A program made the translations under genes and the position numbers. Below the pieces are notes generated by a model. The model made no database searches. It saw nothing but the letters and a program-made list of their open reading frames with translations, and had not been told where the DNA came from. A DNA stretch of 64,000 nt from the human T2T-CHM13v2.0 reference genome, Homo sapiens: NCBI RefSeq assembly GCF_009914755.1, contig NC_060939.1; one strand, 5' to 3'. Shown here piece after piece: positions 37,641 through 54,349 of this stretch (position 1 is the stretch's first letter; each line of letters opens with the position of its first letter).

Positions 37641-40524
37641 CAATTCACTCTTATTGATGATTGGGACAAGTGAGTAAGGAGAGGTGAGAGGGGTCAAGAG
37701 CAGGGGTGAGGGAAGCACTGTGTCTGCTCAGAATTCAGGGAGTGGAACAAAGCCGCTGGAAGAACCAGCACTCATTCTCATGATACCACCTAGACTTTAC
37801 TCCCCTCTCAGCCTCCACTCCCAGAGAGAACTTATTTTTCCACTGAGAAAAATAAGCTTATCCCCCCGTTACCATGTTGATGCCTGACAATCATGAGCTT
37901 CTTTCTCCTGTAAATCCTTTAAGCATGTTCTCTCAGTAAGCATTTGCGTGGCCCCCACCACCTGCTCCATGAACAGTGCTGGGGTTGAGGCTACACAGGG
38001 ACGACCCAGGTCCCACTCATGAGGACTGCCTCATCCTGAGGGGAGAGGCAAGCAATATGATGTTCTGGAATGTACTAAGGATTTTGGTAGAGGTCACCTA
38101 TTCTGCACCAACACAAAAGAGGGAAGGGGGAGTCCAGGAAGGGCTGAGTATCTCATGCGTTTGTGATTAGCATGACTTAAGCAAGAGGTCCCAGTTGGGG
38201 CCCATCAAAGATGGAGTCTACCCACTGGGCGCACAGCTTGTTGGCTCAGCTTTTGCAGAAATCACTTAACAGACCCCCAAATCCAAGCCCGAGACCCCTA
38301 TAAGTCATGAAATAGCTATAGCCTCTCAGCAGGACACCAGATTAAAATGCCTGGAATGTAGCTTGCCTCTAGTTCTACAGCCACAACCTCCTAATTATAA
38401 ATTACTAATTCTTTCCACACATTTTACCCAGAGTCAAACATATATGCCAAGAATAAAGAAATGTGGCCTGGGGCTGATGAGGCCAGAAAACATTTCATCA
38501 CAGTGATTTATCAGAGTGTGAGCATTTCTCATTCACAAGGCTCATTGAGTGCAGGTGTGCCTACTCGTTTTTTTCGCAGAATCCCCACTCCTTTAAGTGG
38601 AAGCTATGTTTTCATTGCAGCCACAATGAGTTTACGTTGGGCCCATGGAATAGAGCCATGTCAGGGATGATGTTACATGGGGTTCCTGGAAACCCTCGTG
38701 ATCCCTCATACCCCACCTACTCCTAGGAAAGGCATGGTTTTGAGAGCTCCCTGTGGAAGGGCACACAGGGCCAACTAGTTACCAACTCCATGAGGAACCA
38801 GGACCCCAGATGTTAAGAAGATGCCGGGGAGCTTGGAGTCATCCTAGGCTCACTATCAGCAGTCAGAATGAAGTGTTAATTCAAGAACAGCAGGCTCTCT
38901 TCCTAGTCGTCACATTGGGGTGGGAAAGAGTTTTGTCCAAGCCCGGGTGCTAGCACAAAGAGATGGGCTGGCTCCCCTGGAGACAGGACAGAAGAAGAGA
39001 GAAATGATTCAGGGTGCGATGCTGAGGACGTGTTCAGTGAAGGCTACTTCAGGTTTTTCCTTCATCGGTTTATGCCCTGTACAGTGCATGACACTCAATT
39101 AATGTTCAATAAATTCCAAAGAATTCGTCCTACTCTGGGTCGCACCATCATTCCTCAATTGTCTTTATCTATAATGAATTCACAGTGACTGGTTGCAGCT
39201 TTAGAAAAGTTTTCAGATAGGTCTCAGAACCCCCACTCTGTGCTGGCTATGAGCGTGCAAACTTGTATTTTCATTCCTGGTTTGCTTCAAGTCTATGGTA
39301 AGGAAGCAGAGAGCTGGAATGGAGACACAGTTGGCATCTCATTGTGACAAAAATTGGCAGGCTTCAAGGGGACAGGCTGGCAGGAGTAGTCAGAGAGAGG
39401 TGGCATCTCATCTAACCTGAATCCTTGGGTTCTAAAAGGATTCCTAATGAATGACAGATGGGAAGAATTGAAAAGCAATGAGTAAAGTACGGATTCCTGT
39501 CACCCGAGTGGACCCTGCATGATGCCTGGGGTCATCTGATGGGAACATGGCATGTCTCAGGCAGATGGCCTGTAGATAAAGAAAAAATGGAAGAGAGGCA
39601 GGTGATCAGGCTTCGTGGCCGGGGCCAAGATGGAAATGCAGGTTCTCACTGCGTCTTGTGCCCAAGGATTCTGTAGATGCCACAGATCCAGGATCCAAGG
39701 GACCTGGGCCTCCTTGGACATTAATGAGGAGGTTAGGGACACAGGGAAGGTTGAGAGAGCATAGCCTTGCTGAGCAGGCCACAGAGGTCCCCGGGACTCT
39801 ACTCGTCTGCTGGAGAGACATATGGTGCTGCCAGCAGGCCATGGGACCCTCTGCCTATTTTCATCCACACCTGCCCTCTGCTTTCATGCTCAGGCACAAG
39901 GATCCATATCCCTTTTTTGAAAGACTGTCCTTAAGCTGTTGGATCCTACTTTGCCAAAGCATGCAGAGCCAGGGGTTCCTAGGATTTTACATCCCACAGA
40001 GAATAGCTTATTACCAATGACTCCTGGGTGCAGGGGCATCAATATGCCAGCTTCCTTGCTCCTAGATGGGGGCATCTCTAAGTTGTAACATATTTTCTCT
40101 ACAGCATCCCAGTGGGATTGAGATACATTTACCCTCTGCAGAAACTTTATTTGCCTTGCTTAGTCTTCTTTCTTTTCAATCTCAATTCCTGGAGTGAGAT
40201 GTCTCCCTGAGCCTTCCCTGGGGTTTGGTGACAGCTGAGCCTCCTTGTGTATTGCATGTTCTGTGCAATTTTGTGGGATGGAGGTGGTGGCAGATGGAAT
40301 TTCCACATCCCTCCCAGTTTTTCCTGGGAATTCCTTAAATAAATCACTTTTACCCAATTTTTCTCAGATTCCACCTCGGAAGAACTCAGCCTCAGGCAGG
40401 ACTATTGTAATAACCACTAAACTGCAGCTGCATAGATAGTAAGAACTTGTAAATGCTGCTATGTAAATTACTCTCTTACAAAAAAAAACAAAAAACATAT
40501 GTGCTTTTAAAAGCTATAGATAGA

Positions 40525-40880
<356 letters not shown>

Positions 40881-41771
40881 TCAATCAAAATAATATTTTA
40901 GTAATGTTTCATACTATAGATGTGAACAGTACTTTGTCCTCAAAGATCAATTTTTTCAAGGACTAGAGAGAGCAACCCATCCCTATTTATTAATACTTAG
41001 ACTTTCCCAGTTTTGGCAGTGAATGTAGCACATTCCAGGAAATGCTTCAGTCCCAGGAAAACTAGGACATTTGGTGACCCTACCCTGGATGCCAATATTT
41101 GTTGCCTGGGAAGGCACAGCCCTGGAGAGGAGGAAGCTGATAGGATTTTATAAGACCACAAAAGTCTGAAGGGGATTTCAGTGATAACGGAGACCACCTT
41201 CTCAGAGGAGGAAAGGAGATCCAGATGTTCTGAAGAATTTTATTTTGTTTCCCAGAAGCCTCAGCAAGAGAGAAAAGCTCCTCTCAGCCTGGACTTTCTG
41301 CAGAAGCACGGCCAGAAATCAGACTCACAAAGATCCTGTGAGAAGCTGAGGAGCCCTCTCTATCAAATTCCACTCACCAGGCCTGTGGTGAATGACCCTT
41401 CCACGCTGACCCAGAAAAGCCTGGCCAAGTCAAGTGCATGTACTCTGCTCAAGTCCACACCATAAACCGAAGGTGAATCCACCCTAGTGATTTACCCATT
41501 AAAAGGAATCCTGAGTCTTTGAGGCTGAACTTTCTGAAGAGAGCAACATTGCTTCTCCCCTGAGGAAAACCAACATAAGACTCCCAGCAGCCTCATCAGA
41601 CCTATAAGAACCCTGAGAAGGAGGGAGTGGCTGAAACTCAAAGCTGGTTCCTTCAGCAGAGAAGGGGAAATCTGGGCAGAGACCCTGGAGCGCCACCCCA
41701 AGAGTGCAACCTCCAATGCTTAGCCTGCTGCTGGTGCCCCCAGTCAGGAGACCATTTCAGAAAAAGCCTGG

Positions 41772-42315
41772 TGTGATGGTTAATATCAAGTGTCAACTTG
41801 ATCAGATTGAAGAAGGCAAAGTATTGTTCCTGGGTGTCTCTGTGAGGTTGTTGCCAAAGGAGATTAACATTTGAGTCAGTGGACTGGGAAAGGCAGACCC
41901 ACCCTCAATCCCGGTGGGCACCATCAAATCAGCTGCCAGCACAGCCAGAATAAAAGCAGGCAGAAGAATGTGGAAGGACTAGACTGGTTTAGTCTTCTGG
42001 CCTCCATGTTTCTCCCGTGCTGGATGTTTCCTGCCCTTGAACATCGGGCTCCAAGTTCTTCAGCTTTTGGACTCTTGGACTTATACCAGTGGTTTGCCAG
42101 GGGCTCTCAGGCCTTTGGCCACAGACTGAAGGGTACCCTGTCGGCTTCCCTACTTTTGAGGTTTGGGGACTCAGTCTGGCTTCCTTGCTCCTCAGCTTGC
42201 AGGTGGCCTATGTGGGACCTCACCTTGTGATTGTGTGAGTCAATACTCCTTAATAAACTCCCTTTATATATACATCTAACCTATCAGTCCTGTCCCTCTA
42301 GAGAACCCTAATACA
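41772..42315 (+). mobile_element. MLT2A (probably MLT2A2) ERVL solo LTR
   Basis: tgtgatggttaat...gagaaccctaataca, 544 bp; TSD cctgg/cctgc; internal AATAAA. Confidence 0.88.
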
Positions 42316-42319
42316 CCTG

Positions 42320-42640
42320 CATCTTCATTTCCTCAGGCTGCCACAACAAATTGCTACAAAGTGTGTGACTTCATAGAACAAAAATTATCTCACAGTTCTG
42401 AAGATCAAAAGCTTGAAATCGAGATCTTGGCAAGGTTGGTTCCTTCTGAAGGCTCCATGCCTCTTCCTGGCACCTGGAGGCTGCCAGCAAGCCTGAGCAT
42501 GCCTTGGTCTGCAGCTCAATGTAATTGAGATGTTAATTACATTTGCAAAAGCTCTCTTTCTAAATAAGGTCACATTCACACATACCAGGGGTTAGAACTT
42601 GGACATATTTGGGTGGAGGGCAGACATCATTCAACCAACT
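42320..42640 (-). mobile_element. MLT1 (MaLR) LTR, internally deleted
   Basis: ggctgccacaacaaattg...tctcacagttctgaag...aaggtcacattcaca. Confidence 0.75.
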
Positions 42641-43730
42641 TCACAGACAAGGGGTGAGGGAGGGTTCCAGCTGCCAAGTCTTCCACAGAGATGGACAGGA
42701 ATCCAGGTGCTCTGTCTCAGAAGTGAGGAGGCCCAAACCAAATATCCAGGAGTGCAAGAAGCAGTTACATGCATCCTTGCTAAAGAAGTGGGAGCCAAGG
42801 AAAAGTACGTGCCAATTCCCGATTAAGCTTTTGGATGAGCAGAGATGACAGTTGCATGAGCTAGAACAATACATGGACGGGAAGCAAAATCAGCCGACCT
42901 GGGAGAGACAACAAACAGCTGGTCATCCCCAATGCCAGAGAGGGAATGGCTTAAGGAAAACTTGGCCCATGATATTTAAACCTCCAAAGGACAATAATGA
43001 AGTGGGAGGTTCAGGGCTATTCTCTAGGAACCTCCTTTCAGGCACTCTCATCTGCCACCACCCCCACCCCACCACTGCACAGGTTTAGAAGATTCAAGAC
43101 TCATGGAAGGCTCGGGACAGGTGTCCTCAACCCTCCTCATTGCAGGCTCAGGGGGACGCCTCGCCCTAGATGGGGGAAGCAATCAGGACCTCAAGTGGAG
43201 AGGGAGGCTTTCAGGATGCTGAGGGCCAGCTGCACTGATCTCTGTGATTAGAATATGATTCACTGCGAAATGGGAGGTGGGAGGGAAGATAGTTTCCAAA
43301 AAGGCTGCCCCCAGGTCTGTTGTTTGTGGAAGCAAAAGGAAAAGAGACAAAGCAAAGGCAGGAATTATGACTTAATTAAGGAAATGGGGCAATGAAGAAA
43401 TCTGGCAGGATATAAGCAGTAGTCATAAATCACTAAAACCAACACTGCCACTCTTGTTCAGCAATCCTCAGGCAGAGAAAAGAACAAGGCCTATGTGAAA
43501 GAAACAAAGAAAGATCCAATGTTCTCAAAAATATGAATCCACACAGCTTAAGGCTAATAGGTTCAGTGATGAAGATTAGGGAGGTTGTTCCATTTTTTTT
43601 TTTTTTTTGCTTTAGTTTTGCATTAAAATATATTGCATTCTTACTTCTGCCTGGAATCTATTTGTTAAGAGGACAAGATTGTGATCTAGAAATGCCCTAG
43701 AATAGACAAACTTCCTGGGTGAAAAATTGA

Positions 43731-44054
<324 letters not shown>

Positions 44055-44260
44055 TGATTAATGCGTGTTTGTAGATTGATTGAAGGTGAGGAAATCAATC
44101 AAAAGGCAATGCTGGATTTGCCAGTTGAAGGTTCTACTGCATGCACCTCCCCGGCCTGTATGTACTGGTGATGTCTCACAAAAAAACACAAGAACAAGAG
44201 GGTCCTTAATTTCCAAATTCAACTTAATTTGTAAGTCTTAATTTCCAAATGCAACTTTGA

Positions 44261-44593
<333 letters not shown>

Positions 44594-44798
44594 TAAACTG
44601 CATTTACACTGTACTGAAGCCTTAGTTTTTTAAAGAAACCATTTTCTTTTGAAATAATTATAGTTTTACAGGAGGTTGCAAGGAAATGTACAGAGAAGTT
44701 CTGTTCATCCTTCTCTCTCCTTCACCTCCTTTTTAACACCTTACACAGCCAAGAAATTTACTTTGGTGCAATCAAAGAAATCAAAGAAGCCAAGAAAT

Positions 44799-44868
44799 TG
44801 CACTCTAGCCTGGGCAACAGAGCGAGACTCTATCAAAAATAAATAAATAAACAAATAAATAAATAAAA
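44799..44868 (+). mobile_element. Alu 3' tip with (TAAA)n tail
   Basis: tgcactctagcctgggcaacagagcgagactc. Confidence 0.8.
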
Positions 44869-45394
44869 AGCACTCTTCCAACTTCCTCTTTCTTTCCTTT
44901 GTATCCTCTGGCCAAGGTGATATGAACTCACTTTCAACACTCAAGAAAGCCAAAAGGAAACCATAATTGTTTTCACAGACATGTATCATGGGAGTAGCAT
45001 CAACAATGTCAAATGACAAGATGACATGGCTGAAAAGTAATTTCCAGCCTGAAAATGTCCAGTGGCTTTGGAGCTTAGGAGTCACTGGGGACCCAACAAG
45101 TACAAGTCCAGTGGCAAGGCAGAGGCAGGAGCCAGGGGCCCTTTATGTGGGGACTAGTCCCCTGAAGGTTATTCAGACGAGGACCCAGACATCATGAAGC
45201 AGTTACGACCTTGATTGCCGCCCTAGATCACAAGGTAATGCCTAGGTTTTAGAAACAGGCTTCTTGGGCAGAACAAGCAGCAAGATGACCTGATGGCGGC
45301 AGGAACCGAGCTGAGCCTGCAGGTGGAGGTCAAGAGGTCACAGCAGTGGGCAGAGAGCTGACAGTCTAGTAGCTGGGCAGGCTCGGATGGCCAC

Positions 45395-45684
<290 letters not shown>

Positions 45685-45753
45685 TTCCACTTCTTACTGT
45701 GTAAGCAGGTGTTCAGGGTGTTCAAGGATCACTGCACACATCTAAAGACTCCA

Positions 45754-46080
<327 letters not shown>

Positions 46081-46567
46081 GTCATCTGATTTAGGTGCTC
46101 ACCCAGCTGGGCTTAGCCTTGAAGAATGAGGCTGTGGCATTGTACAACTGTCCTAAGAATGAAAAATGGGACCTGTGTGTGCTGTTCTTCCCCCACTAAG
46201 TGGTCACTATTGATCTCAGCAATGCAGCATTCATTGGTCCCATGAGGCCTGGAAAAGACCATTGCAAGTTTCTGACCTTCATTTAGTACTAGAATAGATT
46301 ATAAGCCACTCAGACCTATATGTATACCCACTGACCCATTCACCCTGACCTGAAAATTTATGATAGAAAAATTGCTCAATAGAAGGAAAAGCAAAATGCA
46401 CAAAATTCCTCATTTCCATTTTATTTATGTGATATGGTAATGCTTTAATATTAAACTACAGATGTTCCGTTCTCATTATTCCATCCTTCCCTGCCCACTC
46501 TCTACTCAGGCAGCAGAAATAGCCCCCACATACGGTGCCACTAGAGGACAGAAGAAAGAGCCTCCAG

Positions 46568-46772
46568 CAAGCTTGTCCAACCTGAACGCATGCGGCCCAG
46601 GACGGCTTTGAATGCGGCCCAACACAAATTCGCAAACATTCTTAAAACATTATGGGGATTTTTTCAATTCTTTTTTAGCTCATTAGCTATCGTTAGTGTT
46701 AGTGTGTTTTATGTGTGGCCCAAAACAGTTCTTCCAATGTGGCCCGGGAAACCAAAAGATTGGACCCCCCGG
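46568..46772 (-). mobile_element. MER30 (hAT-Charlie)
   Basis: caagcttgtccaacc...tgcggcccaacacaaattcg...aaaagattggacccc. Confidence 0.85.
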
Positions 46773-46890
46773 CCCTAAAACAAACAAGTTGATTGTTAAT
46801 AAAATGTTATGTGAATTACTTTAAAAAGGTAGAGAAACAACAAGCTATTTTGCAAAATCCAGCCTTTATTGAAAGTTAAAAAGGACTTTC

Positions 46891-47264
<374 letters not shown>

Positions 47265-47294
47265 TTACTCCCCAGTGAGTAAGAAAGACTTCCC

Positions 47295-48290
<996 letters not shown>

Positions 48291-48867
48291 CTGTAAATTC
48301 TTAATGGGCTGCAATGAGAAACCAGGAGCTGTTTGGCAGCCATTAAAAGGTATCAATATGACAAAGATGGAGCAATGTGCCTCAATGCGTGAGGATAGGC
48401 GAGGTGAGCTGAGGAGTGACATCTGATTTCTGGGATTTTCTTAGAAGAGATATCCTAGGCTCGGGGAGTGTCTAGGTGAAAGGGAAAGGACGTTTTACAC
48501 CGACTGTCGTCATGCATTCTTGCCAAGCTGCCCACAGTGAACTGACTGCTGGATACTCCCTCAGAATCTGTCGTCCAGCCTTTGAGAAAATCTCGTGGTC
48601 ACGTATTTGACCACCAAGCCAAAGCAAAGGATGCAGCCCCTCGGAGCCCAGGCAGCTGTGTCCAGTGAGAGGTGCCTTTTCCAGGATGCCAGGGAGGTGA
48701 GGCAGGACTTACATGCCGGCTTCTCCTTCTATCTCTCCGCATCGCCAGGACCACATTCGGATTCATAGTGTGGGCAGTGGGTGGAGGGCTGCCAGGAAAC
48801 ATGGTGCAAGTGCACGCTTCACAACACCTCATGCCAGGGGCCGGCAGAAAAGGGCCTGCCTCCTGAG

Positions 48868-49273
48868 GGGTGTGTGTGGCGGGGTGAGAGAGAGAGAAAC
48901 GGGGAGAATGTGTGTGAGACAGAGTGTGTGTGTGTGTGTGTGTCTGAGAGACAGAAAGAGTGTGAGAGAATGTGTGTGCATTTGTTGGGGGAGAGAGTGT
49001 ATGAATGTATGTGTGTGCTTGCGTGTGTGAATGTGTGTGCGAGGAACTGTGTGTGTATGTGGGGGGAGAGAGTGTGAATGGGTATGAGAGTGTGTGTGTG
49101 TGAATGCGTATGAGTGTGTGAGTGTGTGGGGGAGTGTGTGGTGTGTGTGAATATGTGAAGGGAGAGTGTGAGTGTGTATGTGTGTGTGGGAGTATGTGTA
49201 AATGTGTGAGGGAGAGTGTGCATGAGCGTGTGTGTGTGAGTGTGTGTGGGAGAGAGTGTGTGAGAGGGTGTGC
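48868..49273. repeat. Complex (TG)n/(GA)n low-complexity tract
   Basis: ~400 bp of gtgtgt/gagagt/gggggagag units; source of the HT-rich ORFs. Confidence 0.92.
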
Positions 49274-49704
49274 CTGTGCATGGCAGGGGGCTCTGGGTTT
49301 GGGAAGCAGAGGTTCTTCCGCTCTGGCTTCCGCACTGGCCCCCTATCCTCCAACACAGCCCCGGCAAATGAGCGGCTCCGCGTCTACTCCAGCCTGCTTG
49401 CTTGGCGGGAAGGAAAGAACAGGAGCACCCTTTTGCCGTATTCCACGCACATTGTGCTTGCAGCTCAGCCTTGTGTCCTGGATGTACCACAGGGACAGCA
49501 GCACCTCACCACGGGGCCCCAGTGCTCTCACCCAACCCTTCACCCTTCTTCTTCACTAGCCCAGCCTTCCAGGGCTTTGGATTGTCTCCAGAGTTGCAAC
49601 AGTCAAATATTTTTACTCATTGTTCTGTTTGGCCTCAGCCTGTGTTTCCAGCCTCCTAACTCCTCCATGGTCATGTTTTCCAATCAAATCTGACTGCTTA
49701 TTGC

Positions 49705-50097
49705 TATCTTAGTCTGTTCAGGCTGTCACAACAAAATACCACAGGCTGGGTGGCTTAAACAACAGACACTTATTTCCTCACAGTTCTGGAGGCTGGAAGT
49801 CCCGGATCAAGGTGCCCGCCTGGCTGGTTTGTGTGGAGCCTCTCTACCTGGCTTGGGGCCAGACTGCGTAGTGCTGTGTCCTCACACGACCTTTCTTCTG
49901 TGCACGCGCAGGGAGAGATCCATCTCTGCTGTCTCTTCCTTTTTTCACAAGGACACTTATCCTACCAGATCGGAGCCCTGCCCTTTACCACCTCATTTCC
50001 CTCCATTATCTCCCTAAAGGCTTTCTCTCCAGTGTAGTCACATGGGGATTAGGGCTTCAGCCTGTGAATATGAGACTCACAATTCAGTCCATGGCAC
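49705..50097 (-). mobile_element. MLT1A-type MaLR LTR
   Basis: tcttagtctgttcaggctg...ctgggtggcttaaacaacagaca...attcagtccatggca. Confidence 0.85.
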
Positions 50098-50569
50098 TAT
50101 CTCAACACATTTTTCCTTCCGTGCCTCTGCTTACCCCAGGCCTCCATCTGGGCCACCCCCTCTCCCCTGATCCCCACTCTCTAGCAGCCGAAATCCAGGC
50201 CGATTCGCATCAGTTCCCTGACCCTCCTGTCCGAGGGGCTGTCTCCCTTTATTTACCCTCCATCGCACTTGGAACCTCTACGGATGTGTGTTTTCTGCCT
50301 TGAGTACTGGGACTGGTGGATTTACATTTTCTCCCTTCCGAGACCGGGAGCTACCTGGAGGAAAAACACATGCTTTGCTACATTTTTAGCCATCTCAGTG
50401 TCTGACATTGGTTGCTCAATAAATAGTTGCTGACTTTAATTTTAAAAATATGGAGCCACGCTATCACTGAGAACATTTATTCAAAAGAATGAATGTATCA
50501 TCCATTCCATTAGCCGTTCCTTAAATAAGTCTTTCCAAGATGCTGTGTTGGAATATGTCTCTGACCCAC

Positions 50570-51046
50570 TGTCTTAGTTTCCTGTGTCTACTGTAAGAAA
50601 ATGCCACAAACAGAATGGCTTAAAACAGCACACATCTATTATCTGACAGTTCTAGAGGTCAGAAGTTTAAAACCAGTCTCACTGGGCTAACATCAAGATA
50701 TCGGCAAGGCTGGTTCCTTCTGGAGACTCTGAGGGGAGAAGCTGTTGCTTTCCTTTCTCAGCTTCTACAGGGCTGCATTCCTTGGCTTGTGACCCCTCCT
50801 TGAATAACGGCAACCTCTCACTTCCACTGTCTCATCGTCTACTCACTACAGCCTCCTGCCTTCCCCTTATGAGGATTTCTGTGATTCCACTGGGTTCACC
50901 CAGATAATCCAGGATAATGTCTCATCTCTCAAGATCTTTAACTAAATCACATCTACCAAGTCCCTTTTGCTGTGTAAGGTAACATATCCACAGGTTCCAG
51001 GGATTAGGATGTGGACGTCTTTGGGGGGCATTGTTGAGTTTACTAC
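50570..51046 (-). mobile_element. MLT1D-type MaLR LTR
   Basis: tgtcttagtttcctg...cagataatccaggataat...aggttccagggattaggatgtggac. Confidence 0.85.
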
Positions 51047-51587
51047 ACCTAACAAGAAACCATGCCTTTTTCAGTTGAAAGTGCTGTGATTGTCAGAAAA
51101 TCAGTTACATTATAGTAGGGTTTGTCCTCAGGTTTGCCATACAGTAGGCTGAGTAGGAGTGGATAAAGATCCCAGACAGAGGTAGGAGCCTTGAACTTGA
51201 GCCTCCAGTGTCTTGTCTACTCTACATTTTTGAACTCTAGTGCTTAGGGCAACAAACTACTGCTCTAAAGACGTAGGGAGCCAATGCCTGTGGAAGACAT
51301 TGCATATACCTGAGAATCCGCTTCCTGTCATTCAGAAGTCCGCTCCTTTCCATCAATCTCAGTGTTTAAAACACATCTTCCTCTGTTTTACCTACAACAC
51401 CTACAAGTGTTGAATTTGATCGAGATTAAGTAGGCTTCCTGATGGAAGCAATTTTTCCTCCCCTGGCAGACTTAAATGAGGGCCCCTTGAATTCAAAATG
51501 CAAATGGCTCACATTTGAACTTTGCATGCAGCACAACTCAAGCATGTCTGGCTTCCCTTTCATTGTCAAGATCGGTAGAAACTCCTG

Positions 51588-51589
<2 letters not shown>

Positions 51590-51632
<43 letters not shown>
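51590..51632. repeat. (CA)~21 microsatellite
   Basis: Perfect CA run. Confidence 0.97.
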
Positions 51633-51634
<2 letters not shown>

Positions 51635-51779
51635 CCTTTACTACTAGCTCCACTCTAGGGCATTTGAAGCCTGCCTATACAACTTCCTACTAAATCAGCA
51701 AACATTAAGCGACCCCCAATGAGGACAAGATCCCAGACAGATCACGAGGACTGCTGAGGGAGACGAGAAGTGGTCCTCG

Positions 51780-52340
51780 TCATCCTGGTACCCCATCATT
51801 CCCTCGGCAGCCTCTAAGCACCAATCCTATCCCTTCTAGCTCATCCTCCACATCGTGGCACACAAAGTATCTATTTAAAAATGCAAGTCGGATTGGCCCA
51901 TATCTCATAAAACCCTTCGTGGCTCCTTTGTATGAGAGTCCATGCTCTTTTGAATGACATTCCTTTAAGGCCCCACCCATCTCTCCAACTTCATTGCCAG
52001 CTACTCCCTTCCTCACTCCCCAGACTTCACTCAGCTACTCCTCCAGGCACCACAGTGTCCCTGGCCTTCGTGCCTCTGACCATGCAGTAACTCTGCTTCT
52101 GATGCCCAGAAAACTCAGTTGAGACATGACCCCTCCAGGAAGTCTTCAACAACACCCAGCCTGGGTGAGACATTTCTCTTCCATACATGGTGTCATGGCC
52201 ACTTTGCACTGAAACGGCCATCAAGTATTTGTCACTGGAGGATCCCCTTAAGGGCAGCGGTGGTGTCCAATTCATCTCTGTATCTTCAAAGTCTCATTCA
52301 GTGCTTAGCACTCTGTGGGAGAACTGGATTTAAATGAATT
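51780..52340 (+). mobile_element. L2 3' fragment
   Basis: ctccaggaagtcttc...taagggcagcgg...ttcatctctgtatc...cagtgcttagcac. Confidence 0.6.
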
Positions 52341-54048
52341 CAAGCAATTGGCATCCCTGCCAAAGTTAAGCTGATGTTAACATCAGCTTGTCTGGACAGC
52401 AGCTGATAGATCCTATGGTTGATAAAAATCTCCCTGGCTGGCAGCTAAACTGTTAAGCCAGCAAGCCCAGAACTTCAGAAACTACCAGAAAGGGGAAATG
52501 TGACAGAAGCTGGTATTCGTTACTCACCACCGACATTTGTTTTCCAGCCAAACGGGTTTCTTAATTAATGGTTTTGTAAAATGTTCAGGAAAAAAAATTA
52601 ATATGATGTTCTCTGATTCTCAGATCCCTGCCAAACATCATCTGTAACATATTGCCATCTTGGCATCTGAAGAGCGTCCCTCCTCTTTGCCCAACCCTCT
52701 TGAATTGTGGGGGCAAATTCAACAACCCGGTTTGAGGCAATCATGCTGATGAGGCACACATTGATGTCACTCATCTTGGGAGGGTACACACACAGGACAG
52801 TCACCATCTGCCTGAAGGCTGGTACATAATCCAAGAGAGCTGTTTTATTTATTTTTTCATTTCCTCTATTCCCTGCCTTGAAATAGTTTTGCAACTCGGG
52901 AAGAAAAACAAAGAAGAGAAAAATTTTCCTACCAAGTTTTGGACTCAAGTGATGTACATAGCAATTAGCAACCAATAATGTGTTATAATAAATGTACAAC
53001 AACAACATCTATCACTTGTTGACATTAACTCTAATTTAGCCTTCATAGTATCTCGGTGAGGTAAGAACTATCTGTAAAACCACACTTTACAGATATAGGA
53101 GCTGAAGTTCATCTTAACCAACTTTACCAAATGGCTAGTAAGTGACAGAGCCGTGATATGAACTTCAGCTTTGACTTCAACATTATGCTCTTAGCTACTG
53201 TATTCAGTGTTTGTATCTCCTCACTCTGCCCCTTGATCCATTAGTTCCCTGACTCATATAATTCTAGCACCCAGAGGTCCTTGATATAACCATATTTCTA
53301 ACTGCTCACAGCATTTCTGTTGAAGCACACAGTCCATTGCCTCCCAAAACAGCTTGTTCCAGATCGGCTCAGCAAAAATTCTGAGCCAGGTCTTTCCCAG
53401 GCTAAATTTAAATCCACTATTGGTCTACCTACTGGTACTAGTTCTGACCCCTGGAACTGCACAAAACCATTCTTCCACAAGATGGCTCTTGATGTGTATA
53501 AAGAAAATATCCCTAGGCTTGAGCTGTACCAGGATTCAGGACTGAGCCCAGGGGCTAGAAAAGAAGCCAGCACAGAAGCTGAATTTTGAGGAAAGACTAA
53601 TTGTGAGTATATTGATGGTACCCAGCATTGCTGCTTCTCCACATAAAATCTTGCTTGAACCAACATCTAAATTCTCCATCAGTCAAGTTTTTCTTAAATG
53701 AAGCAGAACTTGAGCCTTTTTCTCCTCTTGGGACTAGGATAGGAATGGCTACTCTCATCATGGTGGTCCAAATATGCACTGAGTGATCAGGCAGGGCTCT
53801 AACATGGTGACAAGCTACAACAGAGGTTCAATGGAGACAGTCACTGGGAATGCCCATCCCCTCCCTGCATCCAGAGTGTGCCTCACGGAAACACAGTGGC
53901 CAGGCCTAACCGTGGATTCCAAACCCTGCTCCTAACCTGCAATACTAGGTTCCCCACCTTGAAAGTGATGCTTGTGGTTTGGCTTTCCCATCCCCTGCTC
54001 CTTTCTTCTCTTCTCTTGCTGCTGCATTTTGTGGAAAAGAGTTTAAGA

Positions 54049-54349
54049 CAGAGGACAGCAAACCTTATGCAAAGAACCAGAGAGTAAATATTTTAGGCTT
54101 TGCGGGCCACACAGTCTCTGATGCAACTACTCAACTGGAAAGCAGCCATAGCTGTAGACATAGGTGAATGGATGCGGAGGTGTTCCAATGAAACTTTTTT
54201 TATGGAAGCAAGCTTGAATTTTATATGATTTTAATTTGTCACAAAGGATTATTTTTTGATTTTTTAAAAACATGTAAAAACTTTAAGAGCATGCTTACCT
54301 TGACAGCCATACAATAACAGACAAAAGGCCATAGTTTTTAGGCCCTTGC
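54049..54349. mobile_element. MER58B (hAT-Charlie)
   Basis: agtaaatattttaggctttgcgggccacacagtctctg...gtgttccaatgaaacttt. Confidence 0.8.

Noticed and set aside
48713-49693. Long ORFs (up to 223 aa) rich in His/Thr or Cys/Val
   Set aside because: Translation of the (TG)n/(CA)n low-complexity tract
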